NCBI GenBank assembly: GCA_012295275.1
Contig: CM022676.1
Location: forward strand, 5,952,001-6,016,000
Length of the DNA: 64,000 bases
Origin: Chrysomallon squamiferum
Lineage: Eukaryota > Animalia > Mollusca
Direction of reading: 5' to 3'
Every line of letters starts with the position of its first letter. Position 1 is the stretch's first letter. Positions 1 through 13,598 of this stretch are shown piece by piece. A program made the position numbers and the translations under genes. The notes beneath the pieces are model-generated. The model was given only the letters and a program-made list of their open reading frames with translations. It was not told the origin of the DNA and made no database searches.

Positions 1-164
1 ATCCATTATGTAATGATGCTATCAATCATTTTAGCATGCCTCTCGGTGACAGCATCTCCAAACATACTGTCATTTCTTTCTTTTTGTTCTTCTTGTTTTG
101 ATCTTTTTGTTCTTTCTTCTTGTCTTATCTTCTTCATTTTCTCCACCTCCTTTCTTCTTCTCGT

Positions 165-167
165 TGT

Positions 168-222
<55 letters not shown>

Positions 223-513
223 ATTATTATTATTATAGTTATTATTATTATTATTATTATTGTTATTATTATTATTAATTTTTTTTATTATTATTACCAT
301 CATCATCATCATTATCATCTTCTTCTTCTTTATTATTATTATTATTTGTTTTTGTATTTTAAAAAAAAAAAAAAAAAAAGTTTTTTAATTTTCATTCCAT
401 GTTATGATTCTTTTTTCTTTCATTTGCATTTCTTTTCAATTCACACATTAATAACTAAATAATAACAGTAATAATAATAATAATAATAATAGTAGTAGTA
501 GTAGTAGTAATAA

Positions 514-545
<32 letters not shown>

Positions 546-575
546 TTAGTAGTAGTAGTAGTAATAATAATAATA
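165..575. repeat. Compound trinucleotide microsatellites (GTT, ATT, CAT, AAT, AGT) and poly-A
   Basis: Direct inspection; source of spurious ORFs 13..462 and 70..318. Confidence 0.95.
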
Positions 576-836
576 AGGACTTAGATACTAGAGGTTGTAC
601 ATCCAGAAAAAAAACTTTGGACCAGAGACAACTGGAATTTCTTGATTTTCATGTTTTCTTAACATTAAACGCAACAAAGCTCTAGTGAATAATGAAAAAT
701 ACAGCACGAAATTGTTTTTAACATTCACAGATTTCACACACAGTTCTGACCCCAGTTTTCTGGTAATTCCAGTTTTCTTGAAACTTGGATAAACTGTCTG
801 ATGCCTTCAGTATTAACAGAAAGAAAAACAGTAACC

Positions 837-867
<31 letters not shown>

Positions 868-1544
868 GAAGAATAAAAATTGAAGAAAAAAAAAATCTAA
901 AGAAAAAAAAAAAAAAATATAAAGTCAAAAAACAGAAAAGAAAGTAATTTAGATTTAAAAAAAAAAAAAAAAAAAAAAACTCACGATGAAAGAATTGAAA
1001 AAAAAAAAAAAAAAAACAATATAAAAAGTAAATACTATTTTCCACACCTCACTAATTATTATCAATATTCACAAACACCTCATTCAAAACTCATTAAATC
1101 CATTTTTTAATTTTTTTTTCCTTTCTTTCTTTCATTTTTTTTTTTTTTTATTTTCTTATTTGTTATTGTTTTATTTCTTCAAAAAAGAGAGAGAGAAAAA
1201 AAAATAAAATAAAGGCAAAACGATTTATCTTAAAACGGTTTGTTTTATGTCTGCAGTGTTTTCACTTTATGGTTTGTTGTAAAGTATTCAGATAACATTT
1301 TTACGATGCTATTGTCCACATGACAAAGACCGATAGCTGCAGCATCATCGTCGACCGACTGCAGTTGGGCAATGCATTATTTAGCAGACTGGGATTATGT
1401 ACAATGGTGTGCTCCTAGTCGAACAAGATTTCCCATGATAACTTGCACTCTTTATTATTTAACATGCCAACAGGGCAGGGCAGAAAGTGCTAGAGTCAGT
1501 TTACTCAACTCAATTTAATTTATAGTTGTTGTTGGGGTTGGGTT

Positions 1545-2110
1545 TTTTTTTTCCTCTTGGTCGGAACGGGAAATTAATTTTCTTAATTTAGGGAGTTGTT
1601 AATTTTTTTTTTATATCATTGTTTAGTTATGAGTTAGTGAACTCAATTTAATTTATTTTTGTTTCTTGTTTTTGTTTTTTTTTTTTTTTTTTTTTGGCTC
1701 CTATTTGAGGTTGGATCGGGAAATTAATTTTCTTAATTTAGGGAGTTTGTTTTTTTTTTTTTTTTTTTTTTTTTTATATCATTGTTTAGTTATGAGTTAG
1801 TGAACTCAATTTAATTTATTTTTGTTTCTTGGTGGTTTTTTTGACTCTTATCTAAAGTTGGATTGGGAAATTAATGTTCTTAATTTAGACTGTATTAATT
1901 TGTTATAACAGTTATATAGTTATCAATTACTATACTTGATTTAATTTATTCTTGTTTCTTCTCTTCTTTTTTTTTTTTTCCTCCTCCTATCTGTGGTTGG
2001 AACGGGAAATTAATTTTCTTAATTTAGACTGTTTAAGGATATATTAATTTTTGTTTATACCAGTCATTTGGTTATCAGCAGCCATACTTGATTTAATTTG
2101 TTCTTGGTTT
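1545..2110. repeat. Minisatellite, 4 copies of a ~140-150 bp unit
   Basis: Anchor GGGAAATTAAT(T/G)TTCTTAATTTAG at about 1568, 1718, 1865 and 2004. Confidence 0.85.
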
Positions 2111-2334
2111 TCTTGTCCTAGTCTTCTTTAAAAGTTTCTCATTATTTCCAAGTTGTAATGGCAGATCTTTTATAACAGTTATTGAATTGTGTTCATTTAT
2201 TCTCTTGTTTTTTTTTTTTTTTTCTCTGTGAATTTTTATTTTTATTTTAATTTTTTATTTATTTATTTATTTTTATTATTTTATTAAATTTTTATTTTAT
2301 TTTTTTTTATTATTTTTTTTTATTATTATTATTA

Positions 2335-2397
<63 letters not shown>

Positions 2398-3559
2398 TTA
2401 TTTTTTTTATTATTATTATTATTTTTATTATTATTATTATTAAATTGAGTTATTATTATTATTTTTATATATAGATTTGTTGTTGGAGTGAAAAAAAAAC
2501 ACATCTTTTTCTTACCATCTATGCACTCTCATTATAGACACCTGGTTTTTTTTTTTCTATTTCTTTTTCATAAATCATTCTGCTCCATAATTTCCCACAA
2601 AAGCAAAGTGCCCACCACTGCCTTTAATGAAATTAATCAGGGGAAGCGGTTAGAACAGGAAATCGGCACTTCCGTCTGTGAAGTCGTGAAATGACTTGAT
2701 GGGAAACACCAGGCTGCATGTTTTAAATTTCACACACCTACAATCTCTGTCTGTACCTGTCAGATGATAATCTTTGATCTCTACCTGTTAATTACAATCT
2801 AAATTACTTACCTGTGTGTGGGCTGGTGAAAGTTAAATGAAAGGGTTTTTTGTGGGTATTTTTACTAGGTGGACGTTTTCACCTGGGATTATTTTTCAGG
2901 TAATTTTTTTTTTACCTGGATTATTATTATCATTATTATTATTATTTTTTTTTTTTTTTTTTTTTTTTTGTTGTTGAAATGTATGAAATGTGATACTGGT
3001 TTTAATATAAGCTATTTTAAAAATTTTGTTTGTTAAATATTTTAAATACTTGTTTTGATAAATGTATTATTCTGTTTACCTGTTTGTAATGTTATCTGAA
3101 TTTAAGAATTTTAAAAACAAAATAATCTTTATCTATTTAAATAAATTAATTAATGCTAGGTTGAAATCTTTATATTTATAATTTGTAAAAAAATTAACTG
3201 CAAAAGAAAAAAATATGTTCAACTAGGATTCTTTAATCTGTTGGTTTGTTTTGTGTTTATTTTAAATGTCCAGAAAGAATTTTGCTGTACGATGATGATT
3301 AAATTTATGGAAATACTTTAAAAAGATAAAATTTTATAAATTATTTAAATTTCATTATTATGTGAATTTGTTATGTCACTCAATTCTTATCTATATTTAT
3401 CAAAATAAATAATAAAAATAAATTAAAAAATAAATAAATAAATAAATAACAAAATAATTTTTAAAAAAGAATAGAAAAGAAAAGAAAAGAAATTTCAACA
3501 TGAGAAAAAATGAAATATAGATAAAAAAGTAAAAAATGATTGATAAAGAAGAAAAAGAA

Positions 3560-4535
3560 ATTTGCCTTTGGCAATAATTTTTATTTTTCAGGGAATGTTT
3601 TAGGAAGGCAATGTTTTATAAATTATTCAAATATTAAAGTTTTTATTAATGCCTTATTTTACTTGTCTTCTGTCAATCTTAAGTGAAATATTTAAATTTA
3701 AACAACAATTAAAAAAAGATTTTAAAAAAATAATAAAACAGATATACAAAACAGATTAGCCTTTGGCAACTTGTTAATTTTTTTCTGAAATGCTTTAGGA
3801 AAGCACAATATCATAAATTATTAAAATATCAATGTTTTATTCATGTCTTACTTTACTGTCAATCTACATTAAAATGATTTTTAAAAAGATTTTTAAAAAA
3901 ACTAATGAAAGATAAAAACCATGCAAATTAGCCTCTGGCAAAATGATAATTTTTGGGGAATGTTTTAGGAAAGTACAATATTATAAATTCTTTAAATTTC
4001 AATGTTTTATTAATGCATTATTTTATTCACCTTCTGACAATCTTCATTAAAACAATTTAAAAAAAAAAAAAAAAAAAAAAAAAGAAATTTATACAAAAAA
4101 ATAAATAAAAAAATAAGATAGACAAAACACTTTACGTTCATTTTTCAGGAATGCTTTAGAAAATTACAAAATTATAAATTCTCAAAATTTCAATGTTTCA
4201 TTAATGCATTATTTTACTTGCCTTGCTGTCAATCTGCTTTTAAAATAAATTATAAAAAAAAAATAAAACAACAACATTTAAATTAAAAAAAACAGAGACA
4301 AAGCCCTCTGGCAACATGTTAATGTTTTAAGAATCCTTTAGCAAACGACAACATCATAAATTATTTTAAAAAAATTAATGTATTATTTTACTTACTTCCA
4401 GTCAATCTACTTTTAAAACAATTAAAAGAAAAAAAAAAAAAAAAAAAAAACACCACTCCTAAACATTTTATATATATATATATAAAAAAATAATAATAAC
4501 AAGACAGACAAAACACATTAGCTTCTGGCAGAAAC
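3560..4535. repeat. Diverged minisatellite, about 5 copies of a ~185 bp unit
   Basis: Recurrent GCC(T/C)TGGCA...AATG(C/T)TTTAGGAA...ATAAATT...TTTTACTT...TGTCAATCT. Confidence 0.8.
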
Positions 4536-5224
4536 TCGTTTTTTTTTTTCAGAAATTTGTGAGGATGTTAAAGACTGTGAGAGTAACTGGTTATCTTCAA
4601 CAGACATCAGTCTTCCTTTTAACTTACTTTTCTTTTTTTTTTTTCTTTTTTTTTTTTCACCTTTCACCTGTCCTCACTCATTACAAATTTAACTGTTGGA
4701 ATGTCTCAGTTTGCAGTCTTTTAAGTTATCATCAGTTTTGTTTGACCAGAAAAATGGCCATCAGTTTTACATGTTTTGTTCGTTAGACTCAGACTTTCTC
4801 TGAAACAAACGAACAATCTGGCAGCTTCAGCTCATTTAGTATTCATTTATTCAATTATTTACCTAGCTGCTGTTGCTGTTGTTGATGATGATGATGATGA
4901 TGATGATGACACAGTAGAAATAGAAATGGGAGGGGGAAAAGGGAAAAAAAAATGTTGTATGTATGTAGTGATTGTAGTAGGGTTTTTTTAATTGTTTTTT
5001 TTTATGTTTTTGTGTTTAGTGATTAAATTCTTGTTTTTGTGTGTGTGTGTTTGTGTGTGTACATGTGTCTGTATATATACATATATGTACATAAGTATAT
5101 ACACAAATGAATGTTTGTGTTTATGTAAGTATGCGTGTGTATATTTATGGATATATACATATATATTTGTAAGTATGTGTTACCATTCAATTCCTCCATT
5201 TGTAAATCAATAACACTATGTTAC

Positions 5225-5635
5225 AAAACTTGTCTGGTAATGTGCAATGTCTGGTTACATTGCCTGGTGCTATAATGTATCTTGTCTAGTAACACAGCAT
5301 AACTTTAATGGTAACATAGCTTAATGTAGTGTAACTCCTCTTGTAACACAGACTGGTAATGGACTGTGTCTGGTAATGTAGTGTAACAGTGTAACTCCTG
5401 TAACACAGTATGGTAATAAAGTATGTCCAGTAATATAGTGTAACATAGCATAACTCTTGTAACACAGTATGGTAATAAAGTGTGACTGGTAATGTAGTGT
5501 AACATAGTGTAACTCCTATTGTAACACAGTATAGTAATAAAAATGTGTCTGGTAACACTGCGTAACTCCTACTTGTAACACGTCCAGGTAATAAAGCATG
5601 TCTGGTAACACAGCGTAACTTCGTCTGGTAACAGC
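5225..5635. repeat. GTAAC/GGTAAT-rich minisatellite (~60 bp unit)
   Basis: Repeated GTAACACAGTATGGTAATAAAG..TGTCTGGTAATGTAGTGTAACATAG..TAACTCCT. Confidence 0.85.
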
Positions 5636-6224
5636 CGAAGCTGTGAAGAAATGACACAGACAGAGCAGATTGGACTGTTTCATGTCGAGCTATCTCTCTT
5701 CCAATCTCTGTTACTTCTTCACCTGAGAGGTTTAAAAAACACTTTGATGTTAATCTCCGGGCAACGCGCAATTTAAAATGAGTTAAAAATCTTGTTCAAT
5801 GGTAGACTGCTAACGCAAATGACAATGGATCGTGGCTTCAGAATCAGTTAGGTTACCGTGGTAATGGGCGAAAATGAGGCTCGTTCACGAAGGGTTGTTA
5901 AGTGAAGGTTTTTTTTTTTTTTTGTTTGTTTGGATAATAGTTTCTTGTAGTATAATGTTGTTGGAGTTGTGTTTGTTTGTTTTTTTGTGTGGGGGTTAAA
6001 TTGGAAATGGCACTGATAAGGTCTGTTGTTGGTCATTTTATAATACAATAAAAAATATATTTAAAAAAATTATAAATACATAGAATTGTTTTTTTTTTAA
6101 ATTTTATTTTGTTTATTTTGGTTTTTGAATCGCAGACCAGTTAAACAATGTTTAACAACAAGAAAAATAATAATTAAAAATAAATTAATAACTTTAAAAA
6201 TTTTAAATTAAAAAAAAAAAATTT

Positions 6225-6378
6225 TATTTAAAATAAAATAAAATAAAATAAATAAATAAATAAAAATAATAAAAATAAAAAATAAATCCATAAATAAAAT
6301 AAAATAAAATAAAATAAAATAAAATAAAATAAAATAAAATAAAATAAAAAATAATAAATAAACAAACAAATAAAAATA

Positions 6379-6455
<77 letters not shown>

Positions 6456-6500
6456 AAATAAAAATAAATAAAATAACGTAAAATAAAATAAAAATAAAAA
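6225..6500. repeat. (AAAAT)n/(AAAT)n microsatellite
   Basis: Direct inspection. Confidence 0.95.
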
Positions 6501-7119
6501 CCCCACCCCAAAAACACCCCACCAACACCACCCCATCCCCCACACACACAGTGTGTCTGCTGGTGTCTGTCCTCAGTGACCCGTACTGTGGGTTCATATT
6601 CTCCACAATAGCAAGAGGTGAATTAAAAAAAAAAAATTTTTTTTTTTTTTTTTTTTTTTTGTCTAAGCTTCTGAACAAGCAAGCAAATAGCCTCATGCTG
6701 ATGGTTTCGTAACATGCAAACTCTGAGTTATTTCATCGGGAAAAATCACCGGTAATTTTACAGTAGCTTGATCTCTATCTGTTTAACAAAAAAAAAAAAA
6801 AAAAAAAATAAAAAAAAAAAAAAAAAAAAAAGAAAAAGAAGATAGGCCTATTTATCTGGAAATCTAAACACTGTTTGTGCATGAATACCTTTTTCTTCCA
6901 AAAAAATAAAAATAAAAAAATAAAAAAAAATAAAAAAATTATATTATAATATCGTTGTTTCCATGGTTATTAAGCTGATCCACTTGGTGTTTTGGGTTGT
7001 TTTTTGGGGGGATATTGCACAAATAAAACGATGAAAAATGTATAGATAAGTCAAATAAAGTTAATGAAATGGAAACAGTACAGATTTTATTCAGTGTGTG
7101 TGTGATATACACATAGACA

Positions 7120-7340
7120 CAGGTTCTGTTCTTCTAGGTATACCTTTTTATCAATTTTTCCCATTCCTACCAGTGCCCGTTTCTTGTTTATTGAAAATAT
7201 AACCTTTGCTGTGTATGGGAAGGAGCGTATTTGTGATTTTTTTACTGCTAAATTGATAAAAAGTAGTTGAGAAAATGATAGAAGAGTGTTTCCATTATTG
7301 AATCATTACAAAAAAGTAAAAAATAAAAATTTGTGTGATT
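7120..7340 (+). mobile_element. Decayed SINE remnant of the same family
   Basis: TTTTTCCCATTCCTACCAGTGCCC...TGTGTATGGGAAGG...TTACTGCTAAATTGATAAAAAGTAG; its start is the reverse complement of the GGAGCACTGGTTAGATTGGGAAAAA motif at 60681. Confidence 0.45.
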
Positions 7341-7584
7341 TAATATCAGTTTTAATAAATATTATTTATTGTGTTAATATTTTATTTTTATTATATTGTT
7401 TCATTATTTTGTTTTATTTCTTACATTGAAGGAAATATCTGATAAATTTACCAGAATTTTTGGTGTGTAATGAACTATTCTGAACTTTTTATTAAATTAT
7501 CTTATTTCAGTAATTCTACCTTCAGTTTTATTAAACATTAGCATGTTATTGAAAATACCTTTTATCTTCAGCTTCAGTTATTAA

Positions 7585-7870
7585 TAACAAGATTTGAACC
7601 AGAAAACTCCCTGGTGCTATGTGAGGTAAAAATAATAAATTATGTCATTCAAATAATTACCTTTGTCAGAAGATAAGACATCAAAAATAATGAAAAAAAC
7701 TAAAAATAAAAATATTCTTTAGGGAATTCAAACCAGAATTATCCTAGATAAAATATGATGGAATGTAAATTAATAACTTGTCAGAAGATAAGAATTAAGA
7801 ATAAAAAAAAAAAAAAAAAAAAAAAGTTCTTTATGCGATTTGAACCAGAAATCTTCCAGATGTTACTAAA
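7585..7870 (-). repeat. Three diverged ~125-bp units anchored on a B-box-like fragment
   Basis: GATTTGAACCAGAA, GAATTCAAACCAGAA and GATTTGAACCAGAA at about 7591, 7723 and 7837; TGTCAGAAGATAAGA occurs twice. Confidence 0.5.
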
Positions 7871-8149
7871 TGAAAAACATGTTGATACTATTTTTGGGAT
7901 TCCAAAAAAAAAAAAAAAGAAAAGAAAAAAAACAAATTAAAAAAAAGTTACAGGATGTGAACTGTAAAACGAGAATAAAAACAGAATTCTCAAAACAAAG
8001 TGCAATAATATTATCACCAGGTGCAAAATTATTTATAATTAAGAAAATTTCTCAGAATTCAGCTCTGTTGCTGGACAACCCGTTAAACAATGCTTCTGTT
8101 AATTAAAGTCATTATTAATATTTAATAATTCATGCATTTGTTTATTACT

Positions 8150-8201
<52 letters not shown>

Positions 8202-8883
8202 AAGGAGAGAGAGAGAGAGAGAGTGTGAGAGTGTGTCTAGCCAAATTAAAAACATTTGAGAGAGAGAGAGAGAGAGTGTGTGTCTAGCCAAATTAAAAAC
8301 ATTTTTTACTCTCACCTGATGTAATTATTCTGTTACCTAACTTTGGTAAGCAATAAAAACACAGGAAAAAAAAAAGAGGACAAAATTGGGAAAATCTGGG
8401 AAACTTTTAGTGTTCCTTCCAGGAGGTTTTAATTTTGTTTTGGGAAGACATGGAACATCACCATGTGTTAAAATCTACGTTTATTTTTACAAAACCACGG
8501 TTGTGTTGTTTTGAACGAGCTATCCAGGTAGGTTCGTCTCTGTTTTTAATTAACCTGGCTCGTTACAGGCCAGGTGCCAAATCTCATTATGTAATATAAT
8601 TAATTACATAATGTGCTGGAGTTCGGAAGTTTAAAGTAATCAATTTAAAAGCTGAGTTTGAAAGTTTAAAATCGACGCTAATTAATTGAATAATATGAAA
8701 GTTTAGAATTTTGAAATTCTTGTTATGTATTGCACTAGATAACATTACATCCATACATACATGGATAAATGTATACATACATTTATATGTACATACAGGT
8801 ACACATGCATACTTATGTACATAAATACTCATACATATATACATATATATATGTTATTGGTATTGTTATTGCAGTTGATATTT

Positions 8884-8936
<53 letters not shown>

Positions 8937-9062
8937 ATTAGTCTCACTTTAAATTCTGAAACACAACTAAGAAAAAAATGTATTTATTTCTTAATATTTT
9001 ATTCTTAACTGTTATTTTTGCAATCTCATATTCTATCTCAGTTCAATATCATCATCATCAAA

Positions 9063-9064
<2 letters not shown>

Positions 9065-9129
<65 letters not shown>

Positions 9130-9131
9130 TA

Positions 9132-9180
<49 letters not shown>
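9065..9180. repeat. (ATT)n microsatellite
   Basis: Direct inspection. Confidence 0.95.
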
Positions 9181-9181
<1 letters not shown>

Positions 9182-9694
9182 TTCTGATTATATTAGCAAA
9201 ATCATTTCCAAATCAGAATTCATATCATCACCATCCATTTCAAAACTTCATGATGACATACACCTCATATTACTCACCCATCGATAAAATAATTAACTTA
9301 CTTAATATACATCAGATCTGTCAAAACTGCCAACCCCTGGAAACATCCGATTTCCTTTGTTTCACACCCTAACAATTTGTTACGCTTGACCGACTCTCAT
9401 CTTGTGTAATACCCCCATCCGGTGGTCCATTGATGCATGCACATGTTCCTCATGAATATTAATGAGCTGGTATTGTCAGACTGTTGAATATTTGATTCGA
9501 GGATCTGATTGTTTTCCAGTTATGTCATTGTGCTGGATTTGAAAGATGTTTGTGTTAACAAGTGGGTTTTGTTATTATTATTGTTATGAATTATTATTAT
9601 GAAAAGTGAAACTTTGTTAAGTTAAAAAAATAATAATTGAAAAAAAGGTGGTATTCTGTTTAGACTCAATCTGACTTAATCTACTTGTGCAAAG

Positions 9695-9985
9695 TGTGTG
9701 GTATGTATTGCTTTTTTTTTTTTTTTTTTGACAAAATTTTATGAATATAATTCTTTTCATTATAACGTTATTTCCAATTCTAACCTTAAGAAGGTGTAAG
9801 TAAAATTTATGCTGTTTAGATAAGTATATGGTATGTATTGCCTTCTTTTTTTTGAGACGAGATTATTATTAATATTTTTCTTTTTGTTATAACGTTATTT
9901 CCAATTCTAACCTTAAGATATGTAAGTAAAATTTATGCTCTTTAGATAAAGTATAAATTATGTATTGCCTTGTATTTGAGATAAA
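9695..9985. repeat. Tandem duplication, about 2.3 copies of a ~125 bp unit
   Basis: TATAACGTTATTTCCAATTCTAACCTTAAGA...TGTAAGTAAAATTTATGCT repeated at about 9761 and 9888. Confidence 0.85.
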
Positions 9986-10614
9986 ACGTGTTAATATTCT
10001 CATATATATATATTTTGGTATCCATGATCAATCTGGCAATATATTTTTAATAATGTACCAGGCAGGATTTGATCTCATTATCCTACAAACCGCAGTCACT
10101 GTGCGCTGCACTTTACAACAAACAAAAAATGGTCTGGCCTAACTCGAGAGAAAGTGGTTTGAAAATGAAATTAGCAAACAATTTATGGTCCGATCATATC
10201 TGGTCTTCAGCCCTAATGAAAGCTGGCCGAGATTTGATAAAAATCGGCAGGCTTTCTTCATCACCTTTCAATTTACCTGTCCAATTCTGACCACATAGCC
10301 TGGGCAAATCTGTCACCGATACCAAGCTTTATAGGTACTGTTACTTCCCCACTGTGAACTGGAGCCTAAGGACAGACGTCAGTTTGTAGTAGTATTTTTT
10401 TTACCAGGCTAGACAGGAATGCTGTACAGGCATATGGAGAATATTATGTTGGCACATGGTTTCTTTAACTGTGTGATGTGTGTTTATGTGAGAAAAGACA
10501 GGAGAATCTAAAAATTCCAGCTGAAAGTAAATATATGGCTTGTTTCGTCCCTGTCTGTGTGTTGTTTTATTTGATAATAAAAGTGTTGGTTTCTTGAAAT
10601 ATTTGGTTTTTAAA

Positions 10615-10617
<3 letters not shown>

Positions 10618-10703
<86 letters not shown>
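10618..10703. repeat. (GA)n microsatellite
   Basis: Direct inspection. Confidence 0.95.
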
Positions 10704-10707
<4 letters not shown>

Positions 10708-11003
10708 ACATGCATACATTTATTCACAATCTCTCTCTCTCTCAGATTCTTTCTTTCTTTCTCTCCTTTTCTCTGTCTTTCTTTATATCTCTCTCTATCT
10801 TGATGTCTTTCTCATCACACACACACACACACACAAACACACATTCATGAACTGACACATACAAACATAAATACATACAAAGTATATTTATAAAAACCAT
10901 ATGTGCATCTGTAGAACTGTCATCAAAAATGGCAGGTTTAAAAAAAAAAAAAAAAAGATAAATAAACATCTAAGTAAAAAAAGAAAAAGAAAATACAGGT
11001 GTA

Positions 11004-11056
<53 letters not shown>

Positions 11057-11179
11057 ACAGACATGTGTTTGTGTGGAAATGCATACTGACAAGCAGTAAA
11101 ATCATTCTTCGTTTATCTCTGACACAGGACCAGAATTTCTACCCTTCTGTCAGTGTCAAATTAATATTCCACTTAGTAA

Positions 11180-11725
11180 CATCTAGATAAGCAAAGTCAA
11201 AGCTAGATAAGTTGGTTAGAGACTGGATAAGTCAAGTGGAATCTTGAAAAAGTGAGACGACGTTTAAAACTTGAAAATAACGTTAAGACTAGATAAATAA
11301 ATTTAAAATGAGCTAGGCTAGATGAAGACTGGATCAATAAAGTTAAGTACAGATAAGCTAGTTTGAGCTAGATAAGTAAAGTTAAGACTAGAAAATATCT
11401 TTCAGTCTGCTTAAGTAAAGTTAGAATTAAATAAGTTTGTTTAAGACCAGATAAATAAGATCAGCCTTAGATATGTTAAAGACTAGATAAATTAATACAA
11501 CACTAGAAAAGTAAGTTTAATAATAGATAAGCTAGTTTCAGTATGTATGAGTAAATTTACGAAAGTAAGTTTAAGACTAGATAAATAAGATTAGCCCTAG
11601 ATAAGTTGATGACTAGATAAATTAATTTTCAGACTAGAAAAGTAAGCTTAGGACTAGAAAATAAGTTTGAATCTAGAAACGTTATTTTAGTAATAAGGTA
11701 AGTAATTTCCTTTATAGAAAAGTAA
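11180..11725. repeat. Degenerate ~20-bp tandem repeat (AAGACTAGATAAG..)
   Basis: CTAGATAA/CTAGAAAA recurs at roughly 20-bp period. Confidence 0.8.
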
Positions 11726-12117
11726 ATGTTTATTTTCAACAGATAAAGCAGGTGTATGATTCATGAAATTCTTAAATTTATTTATCTTATTTGTCTTCTG
11801 CCAAAATGTAAAATAAATCTTGTACCAAAATATAACATAAACCTTGTGCCAAAACTGTAACATGATGTCACATTTAAAATGTAAAATATTCTTGTGCTAA
11901 TAATTGATATAAATACACCAAGTGTTTTGTATTAGAATGGTAATAGGATTAATCCTAAACAGTGTGCCCATTTCATTATTTCCCATTCTAAAAACTGCTC
12001 TGAGAATTAAACAAAAATAACAGTTAAAAGAAAAAAAAAAATCTTATTTGAAGGGTATTAATTCCAGTTGGTTGATTCCAGTTTTTATTAGAGTTATTTC
12101 ATCTTGTGTGGCATATT

Positions 12118-12168
<51 letters not shown>

Positions 12169-13550
12169 TCTGTATCAATAAAATTATGATAATTAAATTG
12201 TAATAATCTGTTTTTTAAAGGGATCACCTTAGTTAATGGGAATAAAATGTATTATTATTATTATTATTTTTTTTTTTTTTTACTTATTGCCAAATGCTCT
12301 ATTGAGAAATAGAATTAATAAAAATGGCCTACAAAACACACAGTCTATAGATGTTAAACATGGTGTAAATTTGTAGTACAAAATGTTATACAAATGCACT
12401 GACGTTTCATCCATTCAGAATCGTTGCCATGGAAAAAGCTTTATGTGTAACTAATGGGCATTGTGGGTAAATTGTGTATACCATAATAGTGTTAGGGTGT
12501 TAAGTAAAAAAAAATTATATTTAAAATCAACTGCCACCCACATTTTGTTCCACCTGTGTGTGTGGGTATGTGTGTGTGTGTGGGTGGTAGTGATAGACTT
12601 TCATCTGGTGGTTTTAATTTATTTATTTGAATTGGGTGGATAGTATGACTGTATGTATGTGCATATAAATACACACACACATGCATGCATGCACACATAC
12701 ACACACAACACACACACACAAACATATATACATCATATAAAGGACATATACATATATACATATACATACAAACCCATTCAGACATAAAAGAAAAACACAA
12801 CTAATTTTTATTCTATCGTTAGCTATCAAATATCAATGTTTATTTGATATGCCAATGATGTTTGTTACCCCCAGGGAACTGTTGCCCCACCTCTCTGAAT
12901 TTCAAAACTCACATGCTGTGTTTTTTGGCATCAAAGACATCTGCAATTTTCTTTTATCCTATTTCAGCAGTGTCTTATCATGTTAAATTTTAATTAAAAT
13001 AAACATTTAATTAAATTTCCTTTTTGACAAAAGGAATTGTAATTTGCATAAAATTAATTTCAGGTGGGAAGGAATACCTGACAGGTAAATTGTTTTGAAA
13101 AAAAAAAAAAAAAAGTTTAATTAAAGGTAAATGATTGATTTTGTGATGACTTAGAAATTAATTTAGTTTAGGTAAGAACTTATTTATTAATAGATACAAA
13201 TTAATTAACAACATTGGTGAAAAAAAAAAAAAAAAAAAAAATTGTAATAAAGTTGTATTAAATATACTGGGAAAAAAAGAAAAGAGGTATATAAATTAAT
13301 ATTAATTATTTTATTGAAAAGCTGTCAGCCAAAAAAAAAAATATATATTACAGGTAAAAATTTATTACAGGTAGAATTTGATCAATTAATTACCTAACTG
13401 ATAACCTGTCAGTTTTAGGTATAATTAATATATCAAAGGTAAAAATTAAATTATTATAGTTTTTAGAAATCTGTCATTTAAAATATTTGTAAAAAGTCTT
13501 TGTGTATATATATATAAACACACACACACACACACACACAAAAAAAAAAA

Positions 13551-13598
<48 letters not shown>

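Noticed and set aside
2885-2905. TTTTTCAG|GTAATT and similar AG|GT words at 13170, 19117, 25926 and 36292 as recursive sites
   Set aside because: Pyrimidine tracts are short or absent, and they are better explained by the abundant CAGGTR motif or chance.
4775-4817. Hairpin containing TTTGTTCGTT (miR-375-like 5' end)
   Set aside because: The stem is only about 41 nt overall, the seed-bearing arm is 5' rather than 3', and the rest of the mature sequence diverges.
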